A DNA stretch of 64,000 nt from a virus (lineage: Duplodnaviria > Caudoviricetes): the IMG/VR virus record IMGVR_UViG_3300011008_000008. One strand, given 5' to 3'. A program made the translations under genes and the position numbers. The first letter of the stretch is position 1; each line of letters begins with the position of its first letter. A model generated the notes under the pieces. The model saw nothing but the letters and a program-made list of their open reading frames with translations, did no database searches and had not been told where the DNA came from. Positions 20,999 to 31,452 of this stretch are shown piece by piece.

Positions 20999-23900
20999 TT
21001 GCATGGAGGGATGTTAATGAGTAAAATTAACGTCAATGTTACAAATCAAAAAATATATTTAGTTTCTACAATGGGCGGCTTTGTATCGGGTTCGCAGAAG
21101 TTTGTCCAGTTCCATTTCAACATGGATTCTGGTTGGGACGATCTACGAGTATTCGCGCAATTCGGGCAAAACGGCACATTCTATAATAACTACTTAGACG
21201 AAAACAACGATACATATCTGCCCCCGGAAATTGGCCCCGGTACATTTACACTCATGCTTTATGGTAGTGATGAGGACGTAATTGCTACTACGAATTATCT
21301 AACGATTTCCGTTGACGAAAGCATGTTCGTTGGCGATGCCAGCAGTACCGAGATCTCCGAAACACTTTATACCCAATTGGTGACTAAGGTCAATGCTCTG
21401 GAACGTGAACTTCAATCGCAGAGTGATTCCAGGGTTTCTGAATTGACTACGAGGATAAATACGCTGGACACTTGGGCGCATCAAAAAGCTGCTGATTTAG
21501 AAAGTGCTGATAGGTATTTAACTGGACAAGTCGCAAATAAAGCTGACATGGCAGCTCTTAATAGTGAGGTCAGTCGAGCCATATCAGTTGAACAGTCCAT
21601 CATGAATACCTTGAGTCTAAAGGCCAGCCAGTCAGAGGTTGACGAGCTGACATTAAAGGTCACAGAGCTTGAGAACAACGAATACGTTGCCTCGCTGATT
21701 GAGAATGCTGTCCAATCTGAATTAGCAGAATATCTTGAAAGCGGCCAGCTCGCCAACATGACCATAACTGACGGCAGCGTTTCAAGGGATAAGGTCGATG
21801 CAGACTTTGAAGCAACCTTAGTCAAAGCAGATACCGCAATGCAAAAGTCCGTGTACGACCCGCAGAATTTAGGGGTTGACGTATTCTCCTATGCGGCGGC
21901 TCATGCCGATACTGTTCAACACAATCTTGACAACGTAACTGCCGAGATCAGAGATGCTTATTCTCTTACGGATACATTAAAGTATACTACTCTGGGCGAT
22001 GCCGTTCGCGGCGCGGTTACTCTGTCAAGAAATTATACCCAGGCGTTGCTTGCCGACTATAAGGCATTTACCATTGTGATTATGGATGAACTGCCCAATG
22101 CTGGTGATCCAATGACATTCTATCTTGTGCCCAATAAGAGCAATTCAGGATATGATAAGTATTGGTGGATTACAGATAATGACGGTGTTTCAAAATGGGA
22201 TGCTTTCGGTAGTTCCTCTACGCTCGTTGTAACCGAACTGCCAGAAACCGGTGACGAAGATGTTGACTACGTTTTGAAGTCACCTTCAGGATGCCTCTAT
22301 TATAAGTGGATTGACGGCTATTGGCAGGTTGTCGCGGGTTCTATCGCGTCTGTTTCATCAACGCTTCCGGAAACCGGCAACGAGTTTACCGATTACTATA
22401 TCCTCAATGATTCTGGCGTTTATGTACATTATCGGTATATCAACGGCGCTTTCCACAGCATCGGCACAGAGACTTATACCAGCGATGAACTTGACGCATT
22501 ACTGGCTTCAATCAGAGAGAACGTCGAGCGCAATGCGCAGGATATTGAAAGCATCAATGCAAACATTACGGCGTTGAGCAGAACCATTGAAAGGGTTTCC
22601 CAGGATTTGGCCAGCCTTGATGTCGAGGGGTATCAATATGAGGCTACGCTATCTCAAAGCGACGGCAATTATATTTTCACGCTTTATGAAATCAAGGATG
22701 ATGTGAGTACGGTCAAGAGCCAGTTCACATTGCCGAGTGGTGGCGGCAGTGGCCCTTCTTCGACAACAAACCTGGTCGTTGAGAAGATTACCCCTTCCCC
22801 GCTGATTGTGACTTCAACAGGTTCAGTTGTCATAGAAATCGACTATTCTTCTACAGATAATGACGGAGAAGAAATCGACGGTACATACACTTGGAAGCTG
22901 GGCAACACCACAATTCTGACTGGTTCGCTGGTGCAAGGAAGAAACTCTTTTGATCTGACGGAATTCTGTTCAATCGGAACGCAGAAGTTTACTCTGACTG
23001 TCGTTGACGAGGGTGGTTCTACCAACGTGAAGTCATGGACTGTACAGGTTGTCGATGTCAGAATTGAATCTACCTTCAATGACAGAAACACCTTTGATGT
23101 CAGCAGGTCTGTCAACTTCACCTACACCCCATACGGCTCTGTGTCCAAGACGATTCACTTCATATTGGATGGCGTCGAACTTGATCCCGTTGTTACCTCT
23201 GCATCCGGTACATTGCAGTCATATACCCTGGCTCCGCAGACGCATGGAGCGCACTTGCTTGAATGCTATATTACTGCCACAATCAACAATATGAGCATTG
23301 AAACCGATCATATCTTCAAGGACATCATTTGGTTTGACAGCACATCCAACGTGCCAGTTATAGGCTGTATCTATAGATATGACCATTATGGCAAGGTTGC
23401 TGCGAGGCAGTATAACACCACGAATATCCCCTATGTTGTGTATGACCCAAGCACAAGCTATCCTACGGTAACGCTGAGTATAGATGGCGAGTTGAACAGC
23501 ACATTGCGGTTGACGAGCGCTACAAACTCTTGGTCATACAAATCTGATGAAGTGGCCGAGCATGTTTTGACGATTGCTTGCGGGGAAACTTCGGTGGATA
23601 TTCACATGGACATTCAAGAGCTTGGCTATGACATTTCGCCCGTAACTGCAAACCTTGAGTTCGATTTTAACCCGACTGGCATTTCCAACAGCAGCGAAAA
23701 TAAGCTCTGGAAGTATTCAGCCAATCCCGCAATCCAGCTAAGTGTTTCCGATAACTTTGACTGGAATAACGGTGGCTATCAGGTTGACGAAAACGGCAAT
23801 CAGTATTTCTGCGTCAAGTCTGGCACACGCGCCTATTTCAGCTACAATTTGTTTGGCACTGATCCGAAACAAAATGGTTCAACGTTTGAATGCATCTTTA

Positions 23901-26900
23901 AAACAGAGAATGTGCGTGACAATGAAACAACGTTTTTATCGTGTATTCCGGACGAGGATACGGTAAAAGTTGGTCTGCAAATGCAAGCTCATGACGCTTT
24001 TATTTATAGCTCAACTTCTACTTTGCAATTCTCTTATAGTGAGGAAGATATTATTGAGTATGAATATATCATCAATCCTCTTGACACAGAGAATCCAGAT
24101 TCAACCGCGTACATTATGACGTATGAAGATGGTGTTGCTGCGCGTCCGATGATATTCGATGATTCACATAGATTGTATCAGTATACACCTGTTCCCATTA
24201 CCATAGGATCAGACGATTGCGATGTCCATATCTATAGAATGAAAGCGTATTCTGCTGCGCTGTCAAGTTCGGACGTTTTGAAAAACTTCTATGCTGACGC
24301 GCTTGATTCCGAAACCATGATCGCAAGGTATGAGCGCAATCAAATTTATGACGAGAACAATACCCTCACACCTGAATCTGTTGCGGCAGCTTGCCCTAAT
24401 CTAAAGGTGATTAAGATCGATGCACCTTATTTCACGAATGATAAAAAGAATTATGTGAAGTATACCAATGTCGAGTGTATTCACAAGAATGGTGATCCTG
24501 CCCTGGATAACTGGAAGTTCACGAATGGCTATCATGCCGGACAGGGTACAACTTCAAACGAATACGGTTTTGCCGGAAGAAACATCGATATCATTTTCGG
24601 ATTTGATGGACAGCATCAGGTGACGAGCAAGATCCCGCTTGAGGCAGATTACATTTCTGAGTTGACACTTGGAGATGGAACCAAGTATTCTGACGGCAGC
24701 GGCAAAGTTGCTTTGACACGAACCTCAGTTCCTAATACATGGTTCAATATCAAGGTCAATATTGCTTCATCCGAGAACACCAATAATGCTTTGCTGCAAA
24801 AGCGCTATAACGATTATATCCCCTATCAGACTCCCGGCATGCGTAGAAATCCATTTGTTAAAAACTCAATGGAGTTCTATAACTGTGTTATCTTCATTCG
24901 AGAGAATAATACGGACTTGTCAACACATAGAGAGTTTGCTGATACCCAATGGCACTTCTATGGCATTGGAAATTTGGGAGATTCCAAGAAAACAGATAAC
25001 ACCCGCGTAAACGACCCAACGGATATGAAGGAATTTGTGGTTGAGGTTTCGGATAACACCTTGCCCAACTCTTGGTTCCAAACTGGCGTCTATAACACGG
25101 TAAACTCTGATGACGAAGAAGAACTTGCAAAAGGAGAAATCACTTTTGACCCAGAGATAGGAAAGAAAGTTGTCTATCCCATCACGAAAGAACAGTGGAA
25201 TGATTCTCGCAATCTAAAGCGCAAATCGCTTTATGAGAATTGGGATGATTCTTTCGAGTTCAGATACGATATGGGCACTAAGGACGGCGAAACTATTTCT
25301 GACGCTGAATTGGAAGCCCAGCAGGAATTGTCCAAACAGGTGTTCCGCGATATGTATGAGTGGGTTATCACTTCAACAGACGAGGAATTTGTTTCTGAGT
25401 TTGGTAATTGGTTTATTACTGAATCACCATTGTATTGGTATCTGTTTACAGAGCGCTATACAATGATCGACAACAGGGCGAAAAACTCATTCTGGCATTG
25501 GGGCAAGACCTATATTACCGAAACTGAAGCTGAGGAAATGGGCGACGATGCTAAGAATTATATCATTGATAACGATGCGGCGGCAATCAACAATGGTTAT
25601 AGATTTGATCTATGGGACTATGATAACGATACTGCCCTTGGTATCAATAACTCCGGTGAGCTTACCATGCCATACGGAAAAGAAGATATTGATTTGAAGA
25701 AAGATGATGATCCTAACTCTGGTTATATCTTCAATGCCGCAGAAAGTGTTTTCTGGCGCAGAATCCGTAAATTGATGCATTCACAGTTACAGACTTTATA
25801 TCTGAATCGTGAAAGTGCGGGCTGTTGGAGTTCTGCTTCACTGATTCAAGAATTTGATGCATGGCAAGAAATGTTCCCAGAAGAATTGTGGAGGCTGGAT
25901 ATTGAAAGAAAGTATATTCGTACTTATGAAGCTGGGACTACTCGCTTCTTGAATGAGATGGCGAATGGCCGAAAGAGATATCAGCGCCGCCAATTCGAGA
26001 GGGATATGGAGGCTTATATCGGGACAAAATATCTCGGCACAACCGTTACGGCTGACCAGATCATGTTTAGATGTAATACTCCGCAATCCGCAGTAGTATC
26101 TCCAGATTATACTTTGAGCATCGTTCCATATTCTGATATGTATATTTCTGTCAAATATGGTAACTCGCCTGATGTAAAACAGGTTAGAGCAAAAGCAGGT
26201 AAACCCTATGTAATTACGACTGAGCTGACGCAGATGGATGATACCGCCATTCTGATCTATTGTGCCTCTCGTATTCAAGCATTGAACGACTTATCCGCAT
26301 GCTATATCCATGATAATGATTTCTCAAAGGCTTCAAAGCTGAAAACGCTGATTATTGGTAATACCACGGAAGGATATCAAAATACATTCCTGACCACTTT
26401 GAACATGGGTAACAATACGTTGCTTGAAACTCTGGATATTAGGAATTGTCCAAACCTTACTGGTTCAATCAATCTAAGTGCTTGTGCAAATCTAATTAGG
26501 CTTTATGCAGAGGGAACAATTATTACATCTGTTCTATTTGCGAATAACGGCAAGATTGTTACCGCGCATTTGCCGAGCACAGTAAACGGTTTGACGCTTA
26601 GAAACCTGAACTATCTGACTGATCTAATTGTCGCGCAAGATAATGGCGTAGACTATCCAAACCTTGAAACCTTTATTTGCGAGTATTCCGTAGTAGATGC
26701 TTTGTCTATTATCAGCAGTGCAATCAGCACTTTGCAGACGATCAGAGCACTCGGAATCAGTTGGGAGTTGGCAGAAACTACACTGCTCAATAATATTCTG
26801 AAAAAGAATAGTTCGCTGTTGAGTGGTTCGGTCTACGTTTCTGGTCAAATCAGAAATAAAGAGCTGGCTGATTATGAATATAACTGGCCTGATCTTGATG

Positions 26901-28822
26901 TTACTTACAACTCCGCAAATATTGTTACTCAGTATGAAGCAACATTCCTCAATGCGGATGGATCGCCGATTACCCGTAAAGATGGTGTAACTCCTTACAC
27001 TCAATATGTTGACCGTGGTGAAGCGCCATATGATCCTATTGAGGCCGGGGATGTCAATACACCTACGCAGGAAAGCGACGATGAATATGACTACACCTTC
27101 TCCCATTGGGATAACATTTCAGAGGAGATGCTTGCCCCAAGAACGATAACGGCGGTATACACAAAGACCGTGCGCGTCTATCGCGTTACATGGTATGCCC
27201 GTGCTGGATTGCCATTAAAGACGGTGTATAAGGAATATGGCTCTGAGGCTGTATACGATGGCGACATTCCGACGAATACCACAGGTGAAAGTTCTTATGT
27301 ATATAACCTTTTCACTGGATGGGATAAGAGCACAGGCTTTATCCGTGGCGATACTGATGTCTACGCAGTCTGGGCAACGGCTGAATTGCCAGCCACAACA
27401 AAGGATTTGTCTGATATGTCAATGGCTGAAATATTCGCCGTGGCTTCATCTGGACGTGCCGCTAACTATTTTGAAGATAAAGATTACTTCGACTTCAACA
27501 TGGGTAATGACTTTAATTTCTCAAATGTTGAAAGTCAGGTGTTATTTACGGATAAGTATTTTAATGGCGCAGAAGCTATTGATACTGGCATAAAGCTGTT
27601 TGGCGACAACCTGAAATCCTTCACTCTTGCAATTGACTTCACATGGAACAGCACCGATACGGATAATACGTTGGTGTCTTGTTTCGAGGAAGATGGATCA
27701 GAGGGATTCAGATTAAGGTATAATTCAGGGCCTAATGTACAATGGGGCAATCGTAATATTGCTGTTGGCAATTATAGCGGTACTACTCATTATCGTGATA
27801 TTGTCGTGCTGCGGTATAACAAGAATGAGAAGGATAAGCTTTATGTCTACCATACGAATAATGCGAGTTCGCCGACTATGTTCAACCCATCTGTTCTGGT
27901 AACAGAACTGGTGAGAACAAGAGAGACGAATACAAATGCTTCGCTGGTCTTTGGCGCTATGAAGTTCCTTGAGGATGGTTACTATGACTATTATGGCAAA
28001 GGAACAATTCATTGGTGTAAAATCTGGTATGACGATCTGGGTGATGCAAATTGCCAGGAACTTGCCGCATGGTGTCATGAGCCGTGTCGTGCGCACTATT
28101 ATGGTGCCGGAAGATATAGGCTTGCCGATTCAAGTCTGCGTTCTAATGCAAGCTTCATTTTCAATAATGAGTTGGCCGGACGTGGATATTATATGAATCC
28201 ATCACCTAATACCAACGCTGGTGGTTGGGATGCGAGCTATAACCGTGCATTCTGTAATGGCAGATTGTTTAATGGTTTCCCCATCGCGCTTCGCAGTATG
28301 ATAAAGACCGTTAGAGTAAGCGCTTCCGCTGGATCGCAGTCAACCGAGATATTAGTGTCACAGGATAAGATTTATCTGGCGGCAACAAAAGAAGCTAATC
28401 CAAATAATACCGATACTACATATAATTCTGAAGTGTCCGCAGGTATCTCTTGGTTTACTTCTAACCTAACGAGGGTTAAGTTTAGAGGCAGGATCATTAA
28501 AGAGGGCGCTCAATACTTTTCCACTAATCAGGAACCTTCTTTAACGTCTACAAACAATGTCAAGCCTGGTGACATCTGGATTAATACTGGAAACGAAAGC
28601 AGAGGATATATGTACGTGACGCAGGATGAAATCGATCAGTTTGGTTTAACTCCTGCATATACCGCAAACATTGGTGGAGGCTGGGTAGCTTCCGCGGGCT
28701 GGTGGTTGCGTTCGCCGGGTGTGTCCAGCTCGACGTCCTTCTGGTTTGTCTACACCTATGGCGACATGAGCACCAACGGCGCGAGCAACGTGTTTGGGGT
28801 TGTGCCCTGCTTCTCTATCTAA
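20999..28822 (+). CDS. Large tail fibre / receptor-binding protein, DGR target
   Basis: 2607 aa; baseplate-anchor-like N-terminus, LRR-like stretch (LETLDIRNCPNL), FTGWD repeats, C-terminal CLec-type WWLRSP..GVVPCF domain encoded by the VR. Confidence 0.85.
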   Translation: MHGGMLMSKINVNVTNQKIYLVSTMGGFVSGSQKFVQFHFNMDSGWDDLRVFAQFGQNGTFYNNYLDENNDTYLPPEIGPGTFTLMLYGSDEDVIATTNYLTISVDESMFVGDASSTEISETLYTQLVTKVNALERELQSQSDSRVSELTTRINTLDTWAHQKAADLESADRYLTGQVANKADMAALNSEVSRAISVEQSIMNTLSLKASQSEVDELTLKVTELENNEYVASLIENAVQSELAEYLESGQLANMTITDGSVSRDKVDADFEATLVKADTAMQKSVYDPQNLGVDVFSYAAAHADTVQHNLDNVTAEIRDAYSLTDTLKYTTLGDAVRGAVTLSRNYTQALLADYKAFTIVIMDELPNAGDPMTFYLVPNKSNSGYDKYWWITDNDGVSKWDAFGSSSTLVVTELPETGDEDVDYVLKSPSGCLYYKWIDGYWQVVAGSIASVSSTLPETGNEFTDYYILNDSGVYVHYRYINGAFHSIGTETYTSDELDALLASIRENVERNAQDIESINANITALSRTIERVSQDLASLDVEGYQYEATLSQSDGNYIFTLYEIKDDVSTVKSQFTLPSGGGSGPSSTTNLVVEKITPSPLIVTSTGSVVIEIDYSSTDNDGEEIDGTYTWKLGNTTILTGSLVQGRNSFDLTEFCSIGTQKFTLTVVDEGGSTNVKSWTVQVVDVRIESTFNDRNTFDVSRSVNFTYTPYGSVSKTIHFILDGVELDPVVTSASGTLQSYTLAPQTHGAHLLECYITATINNMSIETDHIFKDIIWFDSTSNVPVIGCIYRYDHYGKVAARQYNTTNIPYVVYDPSTSYPTVTLSIDGELNSTLRLTSATNSWSYKSDEVAEHVLTIACGETSVDIHMDIQELGYDISPVTANLEFDFNPTGISNSSENKLWKYSANPAIQLSVSDNFDWNNGGYQVDENGNQYFCVKSGTRAYFSYNLFGTDPKQNGSTFECIFKTENVRDNETTFLSCIPDEDTVKVGLQMQAHDAFIYSSTSTLQFSYSEEDIIEYEYIINPLDTENPDSTAYIMTYEDGVAARPMIFDDSHRLYQYTPVPITIGSDDCDVHIYRMKAYSAALSSSDVLKNFYADALDSETMIARYERNQIYDENNTLTPESVAAACPNLKVIKIDAPYFTNDKKNYVKYTNVECIHKNGDPALDNWKFTNGYHAGQGTTSNEYGFAGRNIDIIFGFDGQHQVTSKIPLEADYISELTLGDGTKYSDGSGKVALTRTSVPNTWFNIKVNIASSENTNNALLQKRYNDYIPYQTPGMRRNPFVKNSMEFYNCVIFIRENNTDLSTHREFADTQWHFYGIGNLGDSKKTDNTRVNDPTDMKEFVVEVSDNTLPNSWFQTGVYNTVNSDDEEELAKGEITFDPEIGKKVVYPITKEQWNDSRNLKRKSLYENWDDSFEFRYDMGTKDGETISDAELEAQQELSKQVFRDMYEWVITSTDEEFVSEFGNWFITESPLYWYLFTERYTMIDNRAKNSFWHWGKTYITETEAEEMGDDAKNYIIDNDAAAINNGYRFDLWDYDNDTALGINNSGELTMPYGKEDIDLKKDDDPNSGYIFNAAESVFWRRIRKLMHSQLQTLYLNRESAGCWSSASLIQEFDAWQEMFPEELWRLDIERKYIRTYEAGTTRFLNEMANGRKRYQRRQFERDMEAYIGTKYLGTTVTADQIMFRCNTPQSAVVSPDYTLSIVPYSDMYISVKYGNSPDVKQVRAKAGKPYVITTELTQMDDTAILIYCASRIQALNDLSACYIHDNDFSKASKLKTLIIGNTTEGYQNTFLTTLNMGNNTLLETLDIRNCPNLTGSINLSACANLIRLYAEGTIITSVLFANNGKIVTAHLPSTVNGLTLRNLNYLTDLIVAQDNGVDYPNLETFICEYSVVDALSIISSAISTLQTIRALGISWELAETTLLNNILKKNSSLLSGSVYVSGQIRNKELADYEYNWPDLDVTYNSANIVTQYEATFLNADGSPITRKDGVTPYTQYVDRGEAPYDPIEAGDVNTPTQESDDEYDYTFSHWDNISEEMLAPRTITAVYTKTVRVYRVTWYARAGLPLKTVYKEYGSEAVYDGDIPTNTTGESSYVYNLFTGWDKSTGFIRGDTDVYAVWATAELPATTKDLSDMSMAEIFAVASSGRAANYFEDKDYFDFNMGNDFNFSNVESQVLFTDKYFNGAEAIDTGIKLFGDNLKSFTLAIDFTWNSTDTDNTLVSCFEEDGSEGFRLRYNSGPNVQWGNRNIAVGNYSGTTHYRDIVVLRYNKNEKDKLYVYHTNNASSPTMFNPSVLVTELVRTRETNTNASLVFGAMKFLEDGYYDYYGKGTIHWCKIWYDDLGDANCQELAAWCHEPCRAHYYGAGRYRLADSSLRSNASFIFNNELAGRGYYMNPSPNTNAGGWDASYNRAFCNGRLFNGFPIALRSMIKTVRVSASAGSQSTEILVSQDKIYLAATKEANPNNTDTTYNSEVSAGISWFTSNLTRVKFRGRIIKEGAQYFSTNQEPSLTSTNNVKPGDIWINTGNESRGYMYVTQDEIDQFGLTPAYTANIGGGWVASAGWWLRSPGVSSSTSFWFVYTYGDMSTNGASNVFGVVPCFSI
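28688..28813 (+). repeat. DGR variable repeat (VR)
   Basis: 126 nt colinear with TR 29721-29846; 17 mismatches, 16 of them at TR adenines. Confidence 0.97.
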
Positions 28823-28844
28823 AAATCTAAGGAAAGGGAAATAT

Positions 28845-28883
28845 GGTGGGCAAGAACACAGATTATCTGGCGGCTTGCCCGCC
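28845..28883 (+). promoter_or_regulatory. Inverted repeat downstream of VR (DGR target-recognition hairpin candidate)
   Basis: GGTGGGCAAG (28845-28854) / CTTGCCCGCC (28874-28883) with inner CAGA-TTA-TCTG stem, about 20 nt after the target stop codon. Confidence 0.6.
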
Positions 28884-28897
28884 TAATACTGTAAGAA

Positions 28898-29692
28898 ATG
28901 TCTGTTTTGAAAAACGATAGAGTAATCGCGCCTTATGAATACGAAAGGACGTTCGGATTACTCTATCAATTCAGCATGAAAAACACATCTAAAGCATCCA
29001 AGCGCAGAAAACGCTGGATATGTGATGAAATAGATGGTCGAATGAATGCCCTGTTTAATACCATAACAGGGCTATCTACAAATTACTTTGAGCCGTCAAA
29101 TAGGAAAGCATCTATTGCAGAAATTATTAAAGAGGCAATAGAAGGATTATGTCAATTACAAAAACCATTGCTTGCTTTCTGGAATATATCAGAATCAAAA
29201 ATAAGCACAATGGAACAATGGGTAAAATATATCAACAAGGATTTAAAATTACTAAATAATATGTTAGAAGAGAAAGTCGATTACGATCCGTTATTCATTA
29301 TTGATTATGATTCTGTTTCAAAAGCGGAATATGTAAAGAAGATGGCAGAACTACATAAGTATGTTCACGGAAAGATAGTTCATGCGCCGTTGAAATATCA
29401 AAACACCGGTTCAAATCTTATCATCAGTTTGATAGATGATGCATTGTACAATGTAATGAGTGCAAATGTACGGATTCCTAAAACTGCTGAACAATACAAG
29501 AAACGGCGTAAGAAAATATCAAAAGCTATTTCAGATTTGAACAAGCTTCAAAGACCGCTTTCAGTATATTTTGTAATGCTTGAATACAGCGAGAAGGAAA
29601 TAGCAAAACTATCTTCTTTGATTCGTGAGGAATTAAAATTATTATACGGAATCAATAGATCGGATAAAGATCGTTTTTCAAATCTCAAATAG
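28898..29692 (+). CDS. avd: DGR accessory variability determinant, tandem two-domain Avd-like protein
   Basis: Basic helical protein between VR and TR; MSVLK..R start and SDKDRF end typical of Avd-like proteins; 264 aa with two internally similar halves. Confidence 0.75.
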   Translation: MSVLKNDRVIAPYEYERTFGLLYQFSMKNTSKASKRRKRWICDEIDGRMNALFNTITGLSTNYFEPSNRKASIAEIIKEAIEGLCQLQKPLLAFWNISESKISTMEQWVKYINKDLKLLNNMLEEKVDYDPLFIIDYDSVSKAEYVKKMAELHKYVHGKIVHAPLKYQNTGSNLIISLIDDALYNVMSANVRIPKTAEQYKKRRKKISKAISDLNKLQRPLSVYFVMLEYSEKEIAKLSSLIREELKLLYGINRSDKDRFSNLK

Positions 29693-29720
29693 TTTTATAT
29701 AGGTTATATTCTGATATCGT

Positions 29721-29846
29721 GCTTCCGCGAACTGGTGGTTGCGTTCGCCGGGTTTGTCCAGCTCGACGAACTTCTGGAATGTCAACACCAATGGCAACAT
29801 GAACAACAACAACGCGAGCAACGTGAATGGGGTTGTGCCCTGATTC
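29721..29846 (+). repeat. DGR template repeat (TR)
   Basis: Non-coding copy of VR with 12 AAY codons (30 adenines), between avd and RT. Confidence 0.97.
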
Positions 29847-30159
29847 CCACTTGTAAAGTAGCAGTTTATTTATAATCTGTGAAGCCAAAAACAAATGTGT
29901 TTTAACAAATGAGAAGGAGAATATGACCTTCTGTGTTACGTAAGTGAGCACAGCAAATGTTATTCTGGTCTGCTTTAAGATCAGAGCGCGACGGGCAGCG
30001 TTTCCTTGTACCTACAGTTGAAGCTTCTTGCATGGGTCAATTTTGATTATTGGATTGACTTTCATACTGACAGGTCGAGCAATCCACAGACAATAATCCA
30101 TAGAACTGATTGCCGGGAAGTACAGTCTCACTATTAATTGAAATAAAGAGGATTCTCGC

Positions 30160-31452
30160 TTGAATAACGAAGAACGTATTAAAGCACGTATTGAACGTGA
30201 TAAACTTAGACGGCAACAAAAGAAACAGGAAAAATATAAGCAATTCGACAACTTTGAAAATGTAATCAACTATACCAATTATTATTCTGCATTGAAGAAA
30301 TGTATAAAGGGTGTGGGCTGGAAGGGAAGCGTTCAAAGATATGTCCAGAATAGTGTGATTGAAATTGATAAGACGATTCAAAGCTTATATCAAGGTCAGC
30401 TTCCCAAATTTACAAGTACAAAATCAATTGTTATTCGGGAGCGCGGAAAGGCGCGGAAGATTGTGCCGGTTACGATCAGCGATAGAATGACACAAAGAGT
30501 GTTATGTGATTTCGCAATGACACCGGTTATCTATGATTCTCTGATTTATGATAATGGTGCAAGCATGCCAAATAAAGGCGTTGAATTTGCCAGAAAGAGA
30601 ATTGAGCATCATCTGCACCAGGCGATTAACGAATATGGCAATGATTTCTATGCTCTGGTTTTCGATTTTAAAAGCTACTTTGAAAGCATTCCGCATAAGC
30701 AATGCTTGAAAATATTGAAGAAGCATTTTATAGATAAGAGAATCGTCGGTTTGATTATGGCGATTATCAGATCATATGCAGTCCCTTCCATTAAGAAAAT
30801 AGAGGACGAAGAAACGCGCACGCAAATGTTGAAGGAACTGAGGCAGCACAAGTTCAACGGCATTTGTTTGGGTAGTCAAATATCGCAGGTTATGGCATTG
30901 GCCGTTCCGAATGAATTGGATCATTATATAAAGGATAAATGCGGATTCAAGCATTATATCAGATATATGGACGATGGCGTGGTTATCGCCAAATCGAAAG
31001 ATGAGCTTGTCAAACTGTATGCCGCATTGAAGGACATTGCTACCTCTATTGGCTTAAAGTTCAATGAGAATAAAAGTCATATCGTCAGTATCCATAAGGG
31101 ATTTACATTCCTGAAAGTTCGGTATTTCATTGGCCGCAAGAATAAGTTGGCTAAGGTTCTTGTGCGTAGCGGTGTTACGCGCATGAGAAGGAAGCTATTT
31201 AAATTTAGGAAGAAAGTTGATAGCGGCAAGATGTCCCTTGACGATGTTTATAATTCGTTGCAATCGTGGGTATCGCACAGTAAAATAGCATCTTCATATC
31301 ATACAAGGCGCAGGATGTTGTATTTGTATAATAAGTTGTTTGACGGTTATAGGATTAATGATTTAAAGAAAAAACAGACAAGGAGGAGATCTGGTGAGAT
31401 TCTACAAGATAATAGATGGGAACTCTTTTATTGGGATAGGGTCATCGCTTAG
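30160..31452 (+). CDS. DGR reverse transcriptase
   Basis: 430 aa; ERGKAR, DRMTQR, FDFKSYFESI, GICLGSQISQ, YIRYMDD and GFTFL RT motifs. Confidence 0.97.
   Translation: MNNEERIKARIERDKLRRQQKKQEKYKQFDNFENVINYTNYYSALKKCIKGVGWKGSVQRYVQNSVIEIDKTIQSLYQGQLPKFTSTKSIVIRERGKARKIVPVTISDRMTQRVLCDFAMTPVIYDSLIYDNGASMPNKGVEFARKRIEHHLHQAINEYGNDFYALVFDFKSYFESIPHKQCLKILKKHFIDKRIVGLIMAIIRSYAVPSIKKIEDEETRTQMLKELRQHKFNGICLGSQISQVMALAVPNELDHYIKDKCGFKHYIRYMDDGVVIAKSKDELVKLYAALKDIATSIGLKFNENKSHIVSIHKGFTFLKVRYFIGRKNKLAKVLVRSGVTRMRRKLFKFRKKVDSGKMSLDDVYNSLQSWVSHSKIASSYHTRRRMLYLYNKLFDGYRINDLKKKQTRRRSGEILQDNRWELFYWDRVIA

Noticed and set aside
8175-28196. Many short alternate-frame and antisense ORFs within tail genes
   Set aside because: Nested in long coding genes and lacking RBS, promoters or motifs
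29685-30381. Minus-strand ORFs over TR and spacer
   Set aside because: Shadow frames of TR and RT with no RBS or recognisable motifs
30160-31452. Group II intron or retron RT
   Set aside because: Adjacent TR/VR pair with adenine-specific mismatches and an Avd-like gene; no group II domain V recognised
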